From the NCBI RefSeq assembly GCF_006345805.1, contig NC_043015.1, positions 34,410,001-34,474,000 on the forward strand: a DNA stretch of 64,000 nt, written 5' to 3'. Positions 50,673 to 64,000 of the stretch are shown piece by piece. The position numbers were made by a program, and so were the translations under genes. Each line of letters opens with the position of its first letter. Positions within the stretch are counted from its first letter, which is position 1. The notes under the pieces are model-generated. The model made no database searches and was not told where the DNA came from. It worked only from the letters and a program-made list of their open reading frames with translations. Origin of the DNA: Octopus sinensis. Taxonomy: Eukaryota.

Positions 50673-53600
50673 CTATTTATGCTGTCCATACCCTGGTTTA
50701 TTTTTTCATCATTCTCCCTATTCTCTGTATCACTCTCTACTATCCACCTTGGCAAGATGTATCTTAAAAACTAAACTAAAAGTAAATGCTTTGAACAAAT
50801 CAAAGAGTAGTGGGGGTCTTTTCAGTTTTAGAATGTGCTAGACAACTTCTCCTGTGCTGGTGCCATGATACACTGTGCCCTGTGCATTCAGTAAAATATT
50901 TGGTAGTGAGAAGTGCTTCTAGCCATAGAAAACCAGCCAAAATTTACAAGTGAGTCTTCCAAAGCATCTAGGAGGGTGCTAAAACCAAATAAGAACTGAC
51001 CCAGACAATGAGGATTTGTCCAACCCATGATAGCATGGAAAGCAAATGTAAAATACTGCTGCTACTGATGATGATAATGATATAATAGTAATTAATCTAC
51101 ATCTCTAATTAGCTGTCTGACTAGTTACACATTTCATAGCAAAACAAAGTTAACTGTTTTATCTATTCCAAAGTTCAAAACAACTAATAATCTTTTCTTA
51201 CTATACCTCACTAATTTAACTAATTTAATCAATGACGCTCATATACTATTTATCATTTTGCTATATTTCATAGCTACTGTAGGCTATTATCAATATAATT
51301 CAGCATAGTAACTTAAAATCTTTGCCAAAATGACCATCAAAACAAACCCTTGTTTAGCTGGCATTTATTTTATTTATATTCAGTAATTATATGTGTTTTT
51401 TTTACTGTTTTAAGACAAATATTATAATTCAATTCAGTATTAACTTTAAGTTTTCAACCTACCAAATTCTGAATAGCAAAAATATATTTCTTGAACAGAA
51501 CATAGTATAAAATGTTTTATTCTCTTTTAGTAGAAAACAAAGCATTCCATTGAGAATTGTTCAGCTTCAGTACAGGAAAAAGATATTCGACTATTCTAAA
51601 TTGTTTTGTTTTCTTTTTTGAATTATTTGCTTATTGTTTCACTTTATATTGTTATATTCACTTATTATTTTCATCCACTCACTTCCAAGTATTTTCACAA
51701 ATTGTTGTGGAATAATTAGAATAACAAAACTTCCAACCATCTTCCAATAATCATTGATATTTCAAGATACAAGATTCTTCTAAGGATCTTCATATTCAAA
51801 GGCAAAAAATAAAACCCTCAAGCAGAAATTCTAAACTTTTCATTTCATTTTCCTGTAGCAACATGTTGCTTATAGCTCCATGATATTTATTCGAGTCTAA
51901 CATTACCTATTTTATTTTTGATCCAGATGCAATTCTCCCCACTCCCCCAAGAGAGATGGAAAGACAAAAATAATTTATATGCAACATGTCATAAATCAGA
52001 AAATATGAAAGAAAAGATATTACAAAGCCTCACTGTGGGTTAAAAGTAGAATGTAAACTCATTCTTTCTCTTCTGCTGATGTGAGGAAAATTGTTGGAGA
52101 CAGTGTCCTGATAGACCATTTCACATCTTCTCTAATGAGCTGTCAACAAATTATGAAGCAGTTTGCCAGGAGACACCTCTTTCTCTCTAGCATAGAAAGG
52201 ATGTGTTTACATTCCAATTTCTTACTTTTTTTCTGTTTTTGAACTGCCATGTTACGTCTAAAAATTCTATTTGCTCTGTTGTGTTAGAACTGGGGCAAAA
52301 TTAGCTTTTAACAAATACTATGTGAACAATTTAGAGTGCTTGGCTCTGCACTGCTTTCAAAATTACCTGTTAGACTGTTTAGAATATTCAACTTATTGTA
52401 TATTTAAATGTTCGTTTTTTCTCCTTTTTGTTCATTCTGTTATATATATATATATATTTTTTTATTCTCTCTATTTGCTGTTGGAATGTTTTATCATATG
52501 CCATATACTTGCTTGGTAACCATTTGAAAGTGAAAATAGGAAACTAGGAAAGAATCTGTGAAAAGTAAACTCTTTCTGTTTCGTCTATCCCCTTTTCTCA
52601 AGTTTTCCAAAAAGCAATTCCTTTTGTCATGCTATAACTATGATTTGGCTTCAGAGTGAAATGAAACCATGATTGCTTAAGTTTTGCCTCAGGGTTACTT
52701 TCTATTGTTCACCAATTATGATTTGGAACTTGTACCTTGAAAGTCAAGTATTATTTTCACCTGAATTAATAATCATTTTCTTTTTTCTAGTAACAAGATA
52801 AAATTCTACTTTACCTTCTTTTACTATAACATTTATTTTTACGTTTTTATGGATTGGGTCATTCTCATTTGTTAAGTAATTACCAGTGTCTACCTGTTGA
52901 TATATTATGTATCATTTCAAGACTGATTCTGTATTTGCTGCTGCCATTGCATGTAACACCTCTTTCATAGTACATCTATATCCCTTGTCTCATTTGTAAC
53001 AGTCTAATGACTGAAACAAGTAAAACAATACTTCTGAAAATACACCACTTTGTCTTACGGTACCTATCCTATTTCATCAGTCTCCTTAACTGTAATGGTA
53101 TCAGTTTATCAAAGAATAATTCTTCCTGCTATCAGACGAGGACAGAAGTTCTTTAAGCTTCTTCCTTTCATTCCTTACTTTCTTCATAATGATTTCTCAT
53201 AAGAATATAAACAACATTCACTGTTTAACAAATAATTGGTGTTAATTAAACCAGTGTTGTTCATTAAAACAATCTATATGTATCAACACTGTGAAATGGT
53301 AAGTTGAAATTTAGTGATGTTCAAAAATTTGTGAAGTGTTGCAAGCGGTTTCCTTCCATTTTTCCTGGAATAACAATGTGAATATTTGAAAAGCATTAAA
53401 TCTAATTATTACCAGAGGAAGCCAAAGAAACTCTACTGAAAATTAGTTGTTAAACTGAACAAATATATTTTCCACTCAGTTCCATTAGATGTGGAAACTC
53501 ATATTTAGCTTTAGAGATTTCAACACTAATGTAAAGAATTAAAGCATAGTGCCAACATTATGTAGAGATAATATTAGAATTTTATTAGTATTTAATGTAA

Positions 53601-55171
53601 AGCTTAATGTAAAGAAGACATGTTTATAATGCAAGGTATTTGTTTCAGTAATGGAGTTGTATAGGTTCTCCTGGTGTTGCTATAACATATATTGGTGACA
53701 TATAAATCATACTCTTGAACTGGATCCATTTCTTTTCCAAGCAAGCTTTGGATGTTTATCTCGTAATATCAAAACTTTCATTTCTAAAATATATTAACCA
53801 GACTTAAGTAAATTCAATAACTCCTAAAGTAAGAATATATATATATTTTCAGTTTAAAAGCCAGAAAACACATTCACAATGAGAAATAGAGCAACTACAT
53901 TTTTTTATCATTATTACTGGTTATGGCATATAACTGAATAGTGAATAGGCACTCTCTGAACTCCCTAGGGCTCAAGGCTACTATAGGGACCAAACTTAGC
54001 ATAGTAAATTTCTTGGTCATAAAGCCTGATTTATTTAGGTACAGGGTCATACAGAGTCTATCACATCAATACAACTTGCTGTTTAAAACTTTGTAAAAAG
54101 TGTCAGTAGGAGTATTTCAAGTTGTTTTAACCCAGCCAGCCTCCCTCGTTACAATGATGCTCCGGTAAGCAGTAGGTTTAATGACTGCATCGCACACATA
54201 TATGCCCAGCTCTAACATCTATAAGAGAAAGCACCACTATAAAGTCTTCTGGTTTTTTCCTACTTCCCATTCTCAATAAATGTGAAAACATGTGTCAGAA
54301 GAGCTTTCTTTAAATTAGGGGATAAGCATGATCATAAATATAGGAAAATATTTAATAAGCATAACTTAAGCATAACTTAGCTGTGCATCTAGTATCAAAG
54401 AATGGAGTAAAGAGTATCTCAAGACCTCGGGCAAAGGTAGTGTACACATGTAGAGTTTACAAACAATATCCATTGAATGGTCAACACCGAAGCTGTTATA
54501 TATGAAGTAAAGACATACAATAGAGAGACATGCATACAGAAGTCTGTCAGGGCAATAGAGAACCCCTTTTAGCCAGTTTCAGTAACCACTGATCTTTTTT
54601 TAGAAATCAAAAGAAGTGCAATGTTACAATGTTAGCCAGCTATATATATAGTCACTATCATATATATATAATTACTAATATATACATATATATATATAGT
54701 GATTAAAAGAGGCAGCAACAGCACACAAAATCAAGTGAAAATTTCTGGAACAACTTATCTGGAAGCAGATGTTGCAAGCTTTATTTGGGGGCAAAGAAGA
54801 TATATATATATATATATATTATCTGAAGTGTACAGTATTATATATCCCTCACAGCCAATCTAACCAATTGTCTATGATGGATGTATAATACTGTACACTT
54901 TGGATAATATACCCACTCTATTGACAGATATATGTGTGCATCTTTTTCCTGACTTATGGACTTTTAGATGACTTACACATGTACGCACATGCTACCACAC
55001 ACCACAGAGTATATTGCACAAGATCATCCTGTCAAACTGTCTCACCCATGCCAACATTGAAGGTGGACATTAAGCACTGATTGATGATGATGATGATGAT
55101 GATGATGACTGAGTGCTTACTTGATATCTGCCAGGTCATTTTAATGCCATTTTTTCTTATATATATGTGTG

Positions 55172-55226
<55 letters not shown>

Positions 55227-56177
55227 GTGTAAGAGACAGAACCACCTTCAAGCAACTCAATCAACATTGAACGACATTATCTATGATAGAGATATATATG
55301 ATTAAATTTTATCAAAATTAATATCTACAATTCTTATTCTGAATCCTATATTAAATTATATAGACTACATGCGTTTCATGACAATATATCTATCGGTATT
55401 GCTAAAATAGAAGGTTTCGAAATTCAATACTATATCAATCTTACTATACTGCCAATCTTCAGGTCTGGATTATATAAAACTATTTTACTATTTACATCCA
55501 TTATAAAGACATGACAATCAAAATTATACAACCAGAAATCGTCAAAATAATTTTTCATTACTAAATGAGGAACAAAAAGTTAAAAAAATAAGAAAAAGAA
55601 ATGTTAGCTTATCTTTTTGGTAATTCCCTCGCCACGAATTAATCGTGGCTTCCAAGTGTATAACGTATGATCCAACCTTGAGAGCTCCAGTGTAGGGGAG
55701 ATAATTCTTATTTACATTTACAAGTTCTTAAAATATATTTGCTATTTTATATATTTACTGTGTAAGGGAAGTAAGAGATAAAAAACTAGGAGAAGCCAGT
55801 AGAACTAAAGAAGCTTCAATCCACAGAAAATAATTATCAGAAGTTATAAACGGTGTGCATTTGTTTAGACAACAAAAATGCTTAGGGACCTGGTAGTGTT
55901 ATGAATGAAAAATTTATATTCTGATAATTTCTAGTTCATACAATATGAATTAGAACACCGCTCTCTGTTTTTGCAAGCAAAGATGAAAAAAAAAATTCTT
56001 TGTGGTCACTTGATGGTTTAAAGCACAGGCAGTATGATTTCCATATTGCCCATCTGGAAAGTTAGTTTATGCTGAAAGACACAACATAAAAGGGTTCTTT
56101 CTCCAAAGGTTAGTGTTTGATTTTGAAAGTCATGTTGAAAAGTATTTGTGTGAACATTTTGTTTTGTCTGCCTTTCG

Positions 56178-57410
56178 GTGGATTTGATACTGTTTTCCCC
56201 CTGGTTTGAGGGGGAGAGAGTTGTGCTGTTATGCAGTTGTATTCCAACAGAGTTCTCTGAAGAGGAATTGTTGAGATGCATTGATAGCATCGACAAGGTG
56301 AAGGGAGGAAGGAGGTTTGCAGCAGTGGCTGGTAATTCAAGAGAGGAGGTGCAAATAAGTAAGGAACAGTTGGAGAAATTGAAAGACTTAATAAAAAGAG
56401 AGGTGCACGAAATTGTTGTGACCCTGGCAAAGGAGGAAGTAAGTCATAGAGTGGAAAAGGAAACAGTTGTGTATAAACTGTTTGATTTGGAAAAGCAAAG
56501 AATAAAGATTGTATCAAGGGAAAAAGATAGAAAAATATCTGAAAGACATTTGGAGCAACATTACATATGTTACCAGAGGAAGCAAGTACATCACAGTGGA
56601 GGAGGGGTTTAAAACAGAAGAAAGTGTCAAGTATTATTCTATGACTTCCAGAAATACAGCAGAGGTGGTGCTCTTCCCAACTTAGCTTGAGAGATGAGCT
56701 TCTCGGATAAGGGTGGAGGTTGGCTGGATTGTGGCAGCTATTATAATTATCAAAGTCTTGCAATGCAACTGGCAAGGGCAAAGGATTGAAATGATAGTTG
56801 AGGCCTCCCCAGAAATGCTAGAAAACATAGTTGAGACCATTTGGATAGGCCAAGACAGAACATTGAGAATGTTAGTGGAGAGCAGGAAACTGCGATGTTT
56901 CAAGTGTGGTCAGAAAGGCCACATTAGCATAGACTGCCCTCCACTACCAGCACTAACACCACTAGTTGGCCCCAGTGAAAAATTAATTGCACCTCTACTG
57001 ACTGAAGGAGCGAGAAAAGTGGAGGAGCAAGAAACAGAGAATCGTGAGTGGACGATGGTGACCAGAGGAAAAAGAAGAAAGAGGAAAAGTTCACCACCTG
57101 AGGACTCCCGTCCCCATCCTTCCCCCACTCCAGTCCCTCCAATCCCCACTTTAACTAGTCCTTCCAATGCAGACACCAATCCCCTTCCTACCCCACCTGC
57201 CAATAATCCCAACCCTGCCCCCACAGAAACATGCCAACACAACAATTTATCAAACCCCCAACACTCACCCCTAAGGAAAAAGAGACTCACCTTGGCATAC
57301 AATTCGAGAAATAGCAAACTGGGGACAGAAATTTAAAAAATCAACGTGTGGAAACCCAGAAAGAGTGGGACAAAAGTATTGAATTAAAGTTGGATCATGG
57401 CAAGTAATTA
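56178..57410 (+). mobile_element. LINE ORF1 (gag-like, CCHC zinc knuckle) relic with no ORF2 downstream
   Basis: ORFs 56178-56612 and 56713-57336 lie in different frames; CFKCGQKGHISIDC (CX2CX4HX4C) is followed by a basic EWTMVTRGKRRKRK and a Pro-rich tail, typical of Tx1/L1 ORF1. Confidence 0.8.
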
Positions 57411-58481
57411 AAAGTTCAAAAGACCACTTTCTACATCTCTTCTCTCATTCTCTTCTGTTCTGACTAATTCTCTCTTTCCTTTTAAGTTCTGTTTCTTTCC
57501 CAATCAGAGTCTTCTTCCTCCTGTGATTTCCTCTCTCATTGTTTCAGTAGACCTTTGGTCAACTGTAAATAAATATAATTCATGTTTATTTCAAATATAT
57601 TGAAAACCACAGAATATTACTAATTCTGTGACTAGATCTGATCTCAAATAGTACAACACTATTCTAGCAAATGTACAGAGTCAAATAGGAAAGGATTGAT
57701 CCTTTAGTATACATGTATCACTCATACAAATGATGATACGACTGTCCAGAAAATAAAGTGGTAGTTATGGTGGGTACAGCAGAAAAGTAAAACAGTGGTA
57801 ATTTATACAAAAATCCTTTATGGAATCAACAGAGCTGGGACATGGCTAACGTGAGGTCAACAAGGAAGCATATAAGATATCTGAAGCTCCAGAAAATATC
57901 ATGTATCCAGAACGTTCAGTTCATTTCCTTAATGGGTATTTGTGTCAGTATGCAGACATTCCTTAAATACAGTTTAGGATTTCAATAAACATAACTTGAA
58001 TAATATAATCCATTAACTTTCACTGCAGTATTTTGTTCTTGTGATTAAAGCAGACATTTAATAGACTTCCTGTCTGTTTAGCCATGTTGCTCAATAGATA
58101 TAATTTACAAATCTATATACACAACAAACCTTTATAATTCATTCATTTTTTTATTTTTCTTTAGATCTATATCAAAAGTCTTGGTGTCTTTGTATTCACA
58201 AACAAAAATATGAATTATGCTGTATATAATTTCTTAATACAATTAGTTTTAAAACTACTGTTTCACAGAAGTGCAACTGGTGAAGAATTCTGCTGAATTT
58301 CATTTGATTTATTGATTTTTATCAATTTATTGTTTGATTTTCCTACGTCATTTTCTTTGCTGTTGTCATTTTCCTATAAAATGTTATATGCTGTCTTCCA
58401 TTTTGTAAACACTTTATCTGTATGTGTGCATATCTGTGTGGATCTGAGTATGTATAATTGTGTGTGTGTGTGCGTGCGTGC

Positions 58482-58522
<41 letters not shown>

Positions 58523-58550
58523 GGCATGTGTATGTGTTTGTACATATACA

Positions 58551-58705
58551 GGCATGGCTGAATAGTTAAGAAGTTCCCTCTGTAACTATATGATTACAGG
58601 TTCAGTCCTACTCTATGGTATCCTGCTTAACTGTCTTCTATTGCAATCCTGGGTGAACAAATGTATTGCAAGTGATTTTTGATAGTCAGAAACTGCAGGA
58701 GGCTT
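58551..58705 (+). mobile_element. Old SINE family B 5' half
   Basis: GGCATGGCTGAATAGTTAAG...GGTTCAGTCC...GTCTTCTATTGC...GAAACTGCAGGAGGC. Confidence 0.55.
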
Positions 58706-58724
58706 GTTTAGACTCTACTTTTAA

Positions 58725-58946
58725 CCCTTTTGTTACTGTATTTCTTTTGAGATGCTCTGTGTTTCTTTCAATTAGTTTTAAATATAACAAAGAATTTAGT
58801 AAAATAACTTAATTATCATTAAACTAGTGTTAGCAACATAAATTGTGACTAAGGTTTGGTGGAAGATTTTAATTCAGAACTTTTGTAAACAAGACATTTG
58901 TACTACGGAGCCAGAACCGGTTTCAGCCGGGTTGGTAATGAAAGGG
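58725..58946. mobile_element. piggyBac-like MITE
   Basis: TTAA|CCCTTTTGTTAC...GGTAATGAAAGGG|TTGA. Confidence 0.8.
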
Positions 58947-59159
58947 TTGAACAGTATGAAAGTGAGTTGCTTTGGCTTGCAATAACTGAAAGGATTTCTG
59001 TAATAATTAGCTGATAAATTAATTAAAATATGAAACATTCTATAGGGTAGACAAATACCGTCATCATCATTTTAATGACTGTTTTTCCATTCTGTTGTGG
59101 ATGATTTGGTATGCCTGCCATACATCAAATTGCTGCTCATCATTTTCTAGCTGCTTTTC

Positions 59160-59220
59160 CTTCTCTAAGCCCCTTTCTTCCTTCTCTAGGCCCCTTTCTT
59201 CCTTCTCTAGGCCCCTTTCT
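59160..59220. repeat. Tandem repeat, 21 bp x ~3
   Basis: CTTCTCTAGGCCCCTTTCTTC. Confidence 0.9.
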
Positions 59221-60229
59221 CTGCCATAGAACAATATATCACAAAGCCCCCATCATCCATTTCTTTCACATGGAATCTTGCTTTATGGGCTAAATTATGA
59301 GGACAAGAAATTAGATTATCTCTTTCACACACACAAGGATCATTAATTGCCTTAAATATTCAACAGTTTCTACTTAAAGTTTGGGTGATAAACAGGATAC
59401 ATTAGAAGTGAAATGTGATTGTAAAGGACATTGTGAGAAGATCTAAGGATTAGTTATTGGAGACTGATTAGGTGAGAGATGACAGATGTACAGACATGTG
59501 TATTATCCAGTGATACTGATAATCCTAAGATGTCCATGTATTAGCAAACAATTTCCAGTTTGAAGGAGGCTGGCTAAAGTAACATGCATATTTTGAATGA
59601 ACAATAGAGGAGATAAACCAACATTGAAGCCTGCACATGGTCACTTGAATTGCTAAAATTTGCAGCTATATCTCCCTCAAAATAATACATCGCTTATTGT
59701 AGTCCTAGATATTTTCTCTGAATTAAAGATAAGGAAAGATATGACTAACGCAGTTTAAGACCCCTTCACAGCTAATCTAATTTCACATTTATTCTAATTA
59801 CATATTTCTTCCACCTTCACTTTTATTCTGCTTTTATACTTTCACCTCTCATCACTAACTTCATCATATTTCTCCAAATATGTGTTAAAAATTTACTCTT
59901 ACAGAATGACTTGCTACAAGAAAATTTAAGGAGATAATTTGGGCCTATTTTCTTGATAACATTCTTTATTTTACTTTCACTTTATCTGAGATAGATTAAT
60001 TGGTTGGCAAATAAACCACTAAGCAACGACTAAAACTAATTCAATACCTCAAAATAATCTATTTTCTCATAATACAGTTGTTCTTGTTGTTAAGCACCAG
60101 ATCTTGATTTCTAAGACTTACAATCAACAATGTCCCAGTTGTGACCTGGATTTTCTTTTTCTCAGATATTTTATATCCAGACTTAAATCCTCCAGTATTC
60201 ATCTATTCACTCATTCTCTCTGCCGTTGA

Positions 60230-60560
60230 AGGGTTGTGTCTACAATACAGTCTTATCAGAAACAACCATCATTAAACTTTCCTGCTAGATTCCCAGATAT
60301 GACCAGCAGAGACTATGGATTATTATCCAGCCGTCTCATTCCTGGTCCACCCCTAGGTTTCCTGCTGGTAAGCTCAGCCTGAAGAATCTATCTTCGGATC
60401 CTTTTCTATGACATTCTAATTACATGTCTATAGTACTGGAACTCTAACCTCAGCCTGGAGATACTTCCTGATCACAAAGCTACACACACTGTCAAGTAGC
60501 GTTACTCCTGAGATTCTTTAAAGAAATCCTATTTTGGCTACATGTGTATGCGATTGTAGT
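60230..60560 (-). mobile_element. Degenerate RTE LINE 3' end
   Basis: HVIRMS*KRIRR*ILQAELTSRKPRGGPGMRRLDNN, resembling the RTE C-terminal consensus. Confidence 0.6.
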
Positions 60561-61577
60561 CTTTCAATAATTACCCAACATTCACAACCATCAGTGAGGA
60601 TAGCCATGGAAACTAAATGATTTTCTTTCAAAATTATAATTGGCTTTATGCTTCTCTATACATTAGTAGCATTTCTTCAACCTTCTCACTCTGCAACACA
60701 TTTATAAAACCTATGTCAGTAATAATCCAAGGTTTATACATGAAATATAACAATTCATCATTCCAACTAGAACTCTTCCTCTGTAGAGTGAATGTAGGAA
60801 ATCTTCTTCTCTTCATTACAGCTGGATACAATATCTTAGTTGTACTTTAAAAAAAAAATCAAGGGGCATTAAAATTATTACACTCATTCATTTAAATCTG
60901 TCCCTTTCCAATGTCAGCTTAAAGGATTGATAATACAACAGAATAGCTATAACTAAATGTCATACCCACTTCTCAGAAGGTTTTTATACTTGTTCATACA
61001 TCCAACCCATTAAGGTAATTTTTATCTGAATTTATTATTCTAGCTTTGGGATAAGAAGATCCATGTTTAGAAGAGATGTATCACTGTTCACTTTCACAAT
61101 TCTAAGACATAAACTCTTTCACAGAATTGATATCCTCTCCTTCCAAATATTTCTTACTTACAATAAATTAAAATTTTTATAAGCAATCTCACACTGTCGT
61201 GAACTATATGCCTGTTGTGCAGGTAATTGAAGAATCTGCGATAGTTCTATATTTACACCATCTCAACTTCTGGAACCTTTTCAACAAATCTTTCTTTTTT
61301 CTTAGCTGTATTTTTACTTTTTTGCTTTTGTATAATTTGTATAATTCTCATCTTGTTCCATTTAGTGTATCTAATTTAATTTGAAATATTGTAGTTAATA
61401 TTCAGTTACAATTCTAGAAATTTGTGAGTGTCTTTAAATAAATAAGTAAATAAGTGGATGCAGAAGCAGGAGTCAATAATTGTGTTTGATATTTGTAATA
61501 TAAGGAAAAAGAGAGCTGAATATCTTCCCTTTTGGACCCCAGTAATGAAGAAACCCATTTACTATAATTATGCAAGA

Positions 61578-61775
61578 AGACAATGTGATAACATTATGAT
61601 ATCACAATGTGATAACTACATATAAAATGACAATGTGACAGCTATATAAAATTACTATGTGATAACTAAATATGAAATGACAGTGTGATGACCGTAACAT
61701 GAAATGGCTGTGTGATAAACTATGTATGAAATGATAATGTGGTAACTGTTTAATAAATACTAATGTAGATAATTC
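61578..61775. repeat. Minisatellite, ~25-bp period, ~8 units, core ACAATGTGATAAC
   Basis: Units start near 61580, 61604, 61630, 61654, 61680, 61707, 61734 and 61759. Confidence 0.8.
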
Positions 61776-61983
61776 TGTAAGACAATATTATGTTAAAAAC
61801 TGAATTAAAGATGACAATAAAGAAGGATATCAATATGACTACAATAAGAAATGTTTAGTTTTTGAAGCAAAAAAGAATCTTTTTAAATCAATTCATTTAG
61901 CTGTTTGAATCATATGTAATTAAAAAGGAAAAAGTCACTTCAAGCAGAACATTTAGACAATGTTTTCCAAATATTTTGAACAT

Positions 61984-62173
61984 AGGCACAGGAGTGGCTG
62001 TGTAGTAAGTAGCTTGCTTACCAATCACATGGTTCCGGGTTCATTCCCACTGCGTGGCATCTTGGGCAAGTGTCTTCAACTATAGCTTCAGGCCAACCAA
62101 AGCCTTGTGAGTGGATTTGGTAGATGGAAACTGAAAGAAGCCCGTCGTATATGTGTGTGTGCGTGTGTGTGTG

Positions 62174-62204
<31 letters not shown>

Positions 62205-62407
62205 CTGTGTTTGTCCCCCCCCAACATCGCTGACAACCGATGCTGGTGTGTTTACATCCCCTGTAACTTAATGATTCAGCAAAAGAGACCGATAGAATAA
62301 GTACTAGGCTTACAAAGAATAAGTCCTGGGGTCGATTTGCTCGACTAAAGGCAGTGCTCCAGCATGGCCGCAGTCAAGATGACTGAAACAAGTAAAAGAG
62401 TAAAGAG
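61984..62407 (+). mobile_element. SINE family B, full length
   Basis: Reverse complement of 42091-42487. Confidence 0.9.
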
Positions 62408-63231
62408 TATAACCATAGCAACTGGTGGATTTTCCAATATTCTATGAGTTTTCTTATTTTCATTTTGAATCCTAAATTTACAGATCTATTTCATTACTTT
62501 AAAGACTCTTATTTTTCTTTCATTTTATTCTATAGTGAAGTTTGTTTAATGCATAACACTTGTACACACAAACATCATTGCGAGCAGAATAAATATTAAA
62601 GACTTTTTTTCTGCTCAATGTATTATTCTTTATAATGTTTCCCATTGTAAATAAAGATTGTTTGTAAAAGCTGTAAAGCTAGAACTTAGATGTGATATAT
62701 TGTGAAATACTGCAATTTGTTCTAAAATGCAAATGAGAAAATGTAGAAACACTTTTCTGGAGAAATGGATATAAATTAATGAAATAAGATCGTAATAAAA
62801 TATGTAAAAATCTTAATTTTACTGAACAACAATATTCACGAACAGAGTCAAGATAGTGATATCAATTTTTGTATGTTTTAAATATTATTCATAAGATAAA
62901 TGTTAGTCAGAATTCTTTAAATTGACAACAATCTTTGTTACTTACATTTCTAGATAAATTTAACAGATAATTAAATTTGTTTTTCTTATTGTTATTTCAG
63001 GAAGTTAAGTTTGCATTAGAAGTTTATGCAAAGATAGTATGAAATCTATAAAGGTTCTAATAATTACTGTTAATTACTACTATTATTATTTCAACAATAT
63101 AAAGTACTAATGCTGGTTTAATTGAATAAGCAACCTCCTGCTACAGTTGCTGTCTGTGTGTCTAAGTTAGAAACAGTTATTAAAGAAATCTTCATCATCA
63201 TCATCATCATCATTGCCACCTTCCTGTAGCA

Positions 63232-63560
63232 GAGAAGGAAGGCAGATCTTTCTCTCTGCTTTGTGGCTGTGGAAAAAGAGGCTGTGTGGTTTGAAAGGTT
63301 TGAAGACAGGCACTTTCTTATCTGGTCAAGCCCTCATCCATTTCTCCAAAGATCATTTGAAAAGGAAGGTGAGAGTAGGGCAGGAGCTTTTACTGCCCTT
63401 TTAGTGTGTTTATCAAAAGATGGCTGACAGTGGCAAGACTGGTGAGACGGAATGGATTGACTCTGAGTATGTTTTTCTAAGCAGGAGGAAAGAAACTGGA
63501 AGAGGGCACTTTCCTATGCCTTGGGGATCACAGCATAATCCAGGATTTTAGCATGGGGTT
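63232..63560 (+). mobile_element. Tx1/L1 LINE ORF2 C-terminal fragment and 3' UTR
   Basis: KRLCGLKGLKTGTFLSGQALIHFSKDHLKRKVRV resembles the Tx1-type ORF2 end. Confidence 0.6.
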
Positions 63561-63812
63561 TACCCTAAGTGGGCTACCCTGCTAATGAGGATTCTTATTA
63601 TCTATTTATTATTTATTTCTCTAATTTCTATTATATATCCCCTGTTATATCCCTTAATATGGCAGTATCTCCCTTTGATCAATGTAAACCCCACCTGTTT
63701 TCTTTGTTGTGTTTTGTGTGCTGTAACTTGACCTTCCATATTATCCACCATGACTTGAGCCCTTGTAGCCAATAAAAGAAATCATTATTATTATTATTAT
63801 TATTATTACTAT

Positions 63813-64000
63813 AAGGTGGCAAGCTGGCAGAATTGTTAGCATGCTGGGTAAAATGCTTAGTGGCATTTTTTCCTGTCTTTACATTCTGAGTTCAAATTCT
63901 GCTAAGGTTGAGTTTGCCTTTCATCCTTTCGGGGTTGATAAAATAAGTACATCAACTATTCCCCTTCCCCCAAATTTTGGGCCTTGTGCTTATATTAGAA
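63813..64000 (+). mobile_element. SINE family A, runs to the window edge
   Basis: AAGGTGGCAAGCTGGCAGAATTGTTAGC...TTCTGAGTTCAAATTC...GGGCCTTGTGC. Confidence 0.85.

Overview
AT-rich, repeat-dense eukaryotic non-coding DNA. The SINE/LINE/MITE repertoire and the (TA)n/(CA)n/(GAT)n microsatellites look like a coleoid cephalopod (Octopus-type) genome; this is recognition of repeat style, not a database result. I found no intact protein-coding gene. Nearly all ORF-track entries are microsatellite artefacts or transposon relics: Tx1/L1 RT, endonuclease, ORF1 zinc knuckle and ORF2 tail; several RTE fragments; two DD37D-type (maT) Tc1/mariner relics; a hAT element with an 8-bp TSD; non-autonomous Helitrons; Tc1- and piggyBac-type MITEs; and at least four tRNA-derived SINE families. 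The main finding is a set of small fold-back (palindromic) elements and fragments lying in or beside (TA)n tracts, which carry minimal type-I hammerhead ribozyme (HHR) motifs at 2.7-2.9, 9.0, 9.6, 10.5, 11.8 and 24.3 kb. In the fold-backs at 2.8, 10.5 and 24.3 kb the motifs point outward from the symmetry axis and share a self-complementary stem III (ACTC-W-GAGT). Their core variants (CTGA/CCGA/CCAA) fit an ancestral non-canonical CCGANGA. Other notable features: a 32-bp-period array of ETS-type ACTTCCTG cores at 22.1-22.3 kb, an RT-before-endonuclease LINE chimera, an ORF1-only LINE relic, and a sharp drop in CpG near 12 kb. All folds, alignments and counts were done by eye and need computational and biochemical confirmation.
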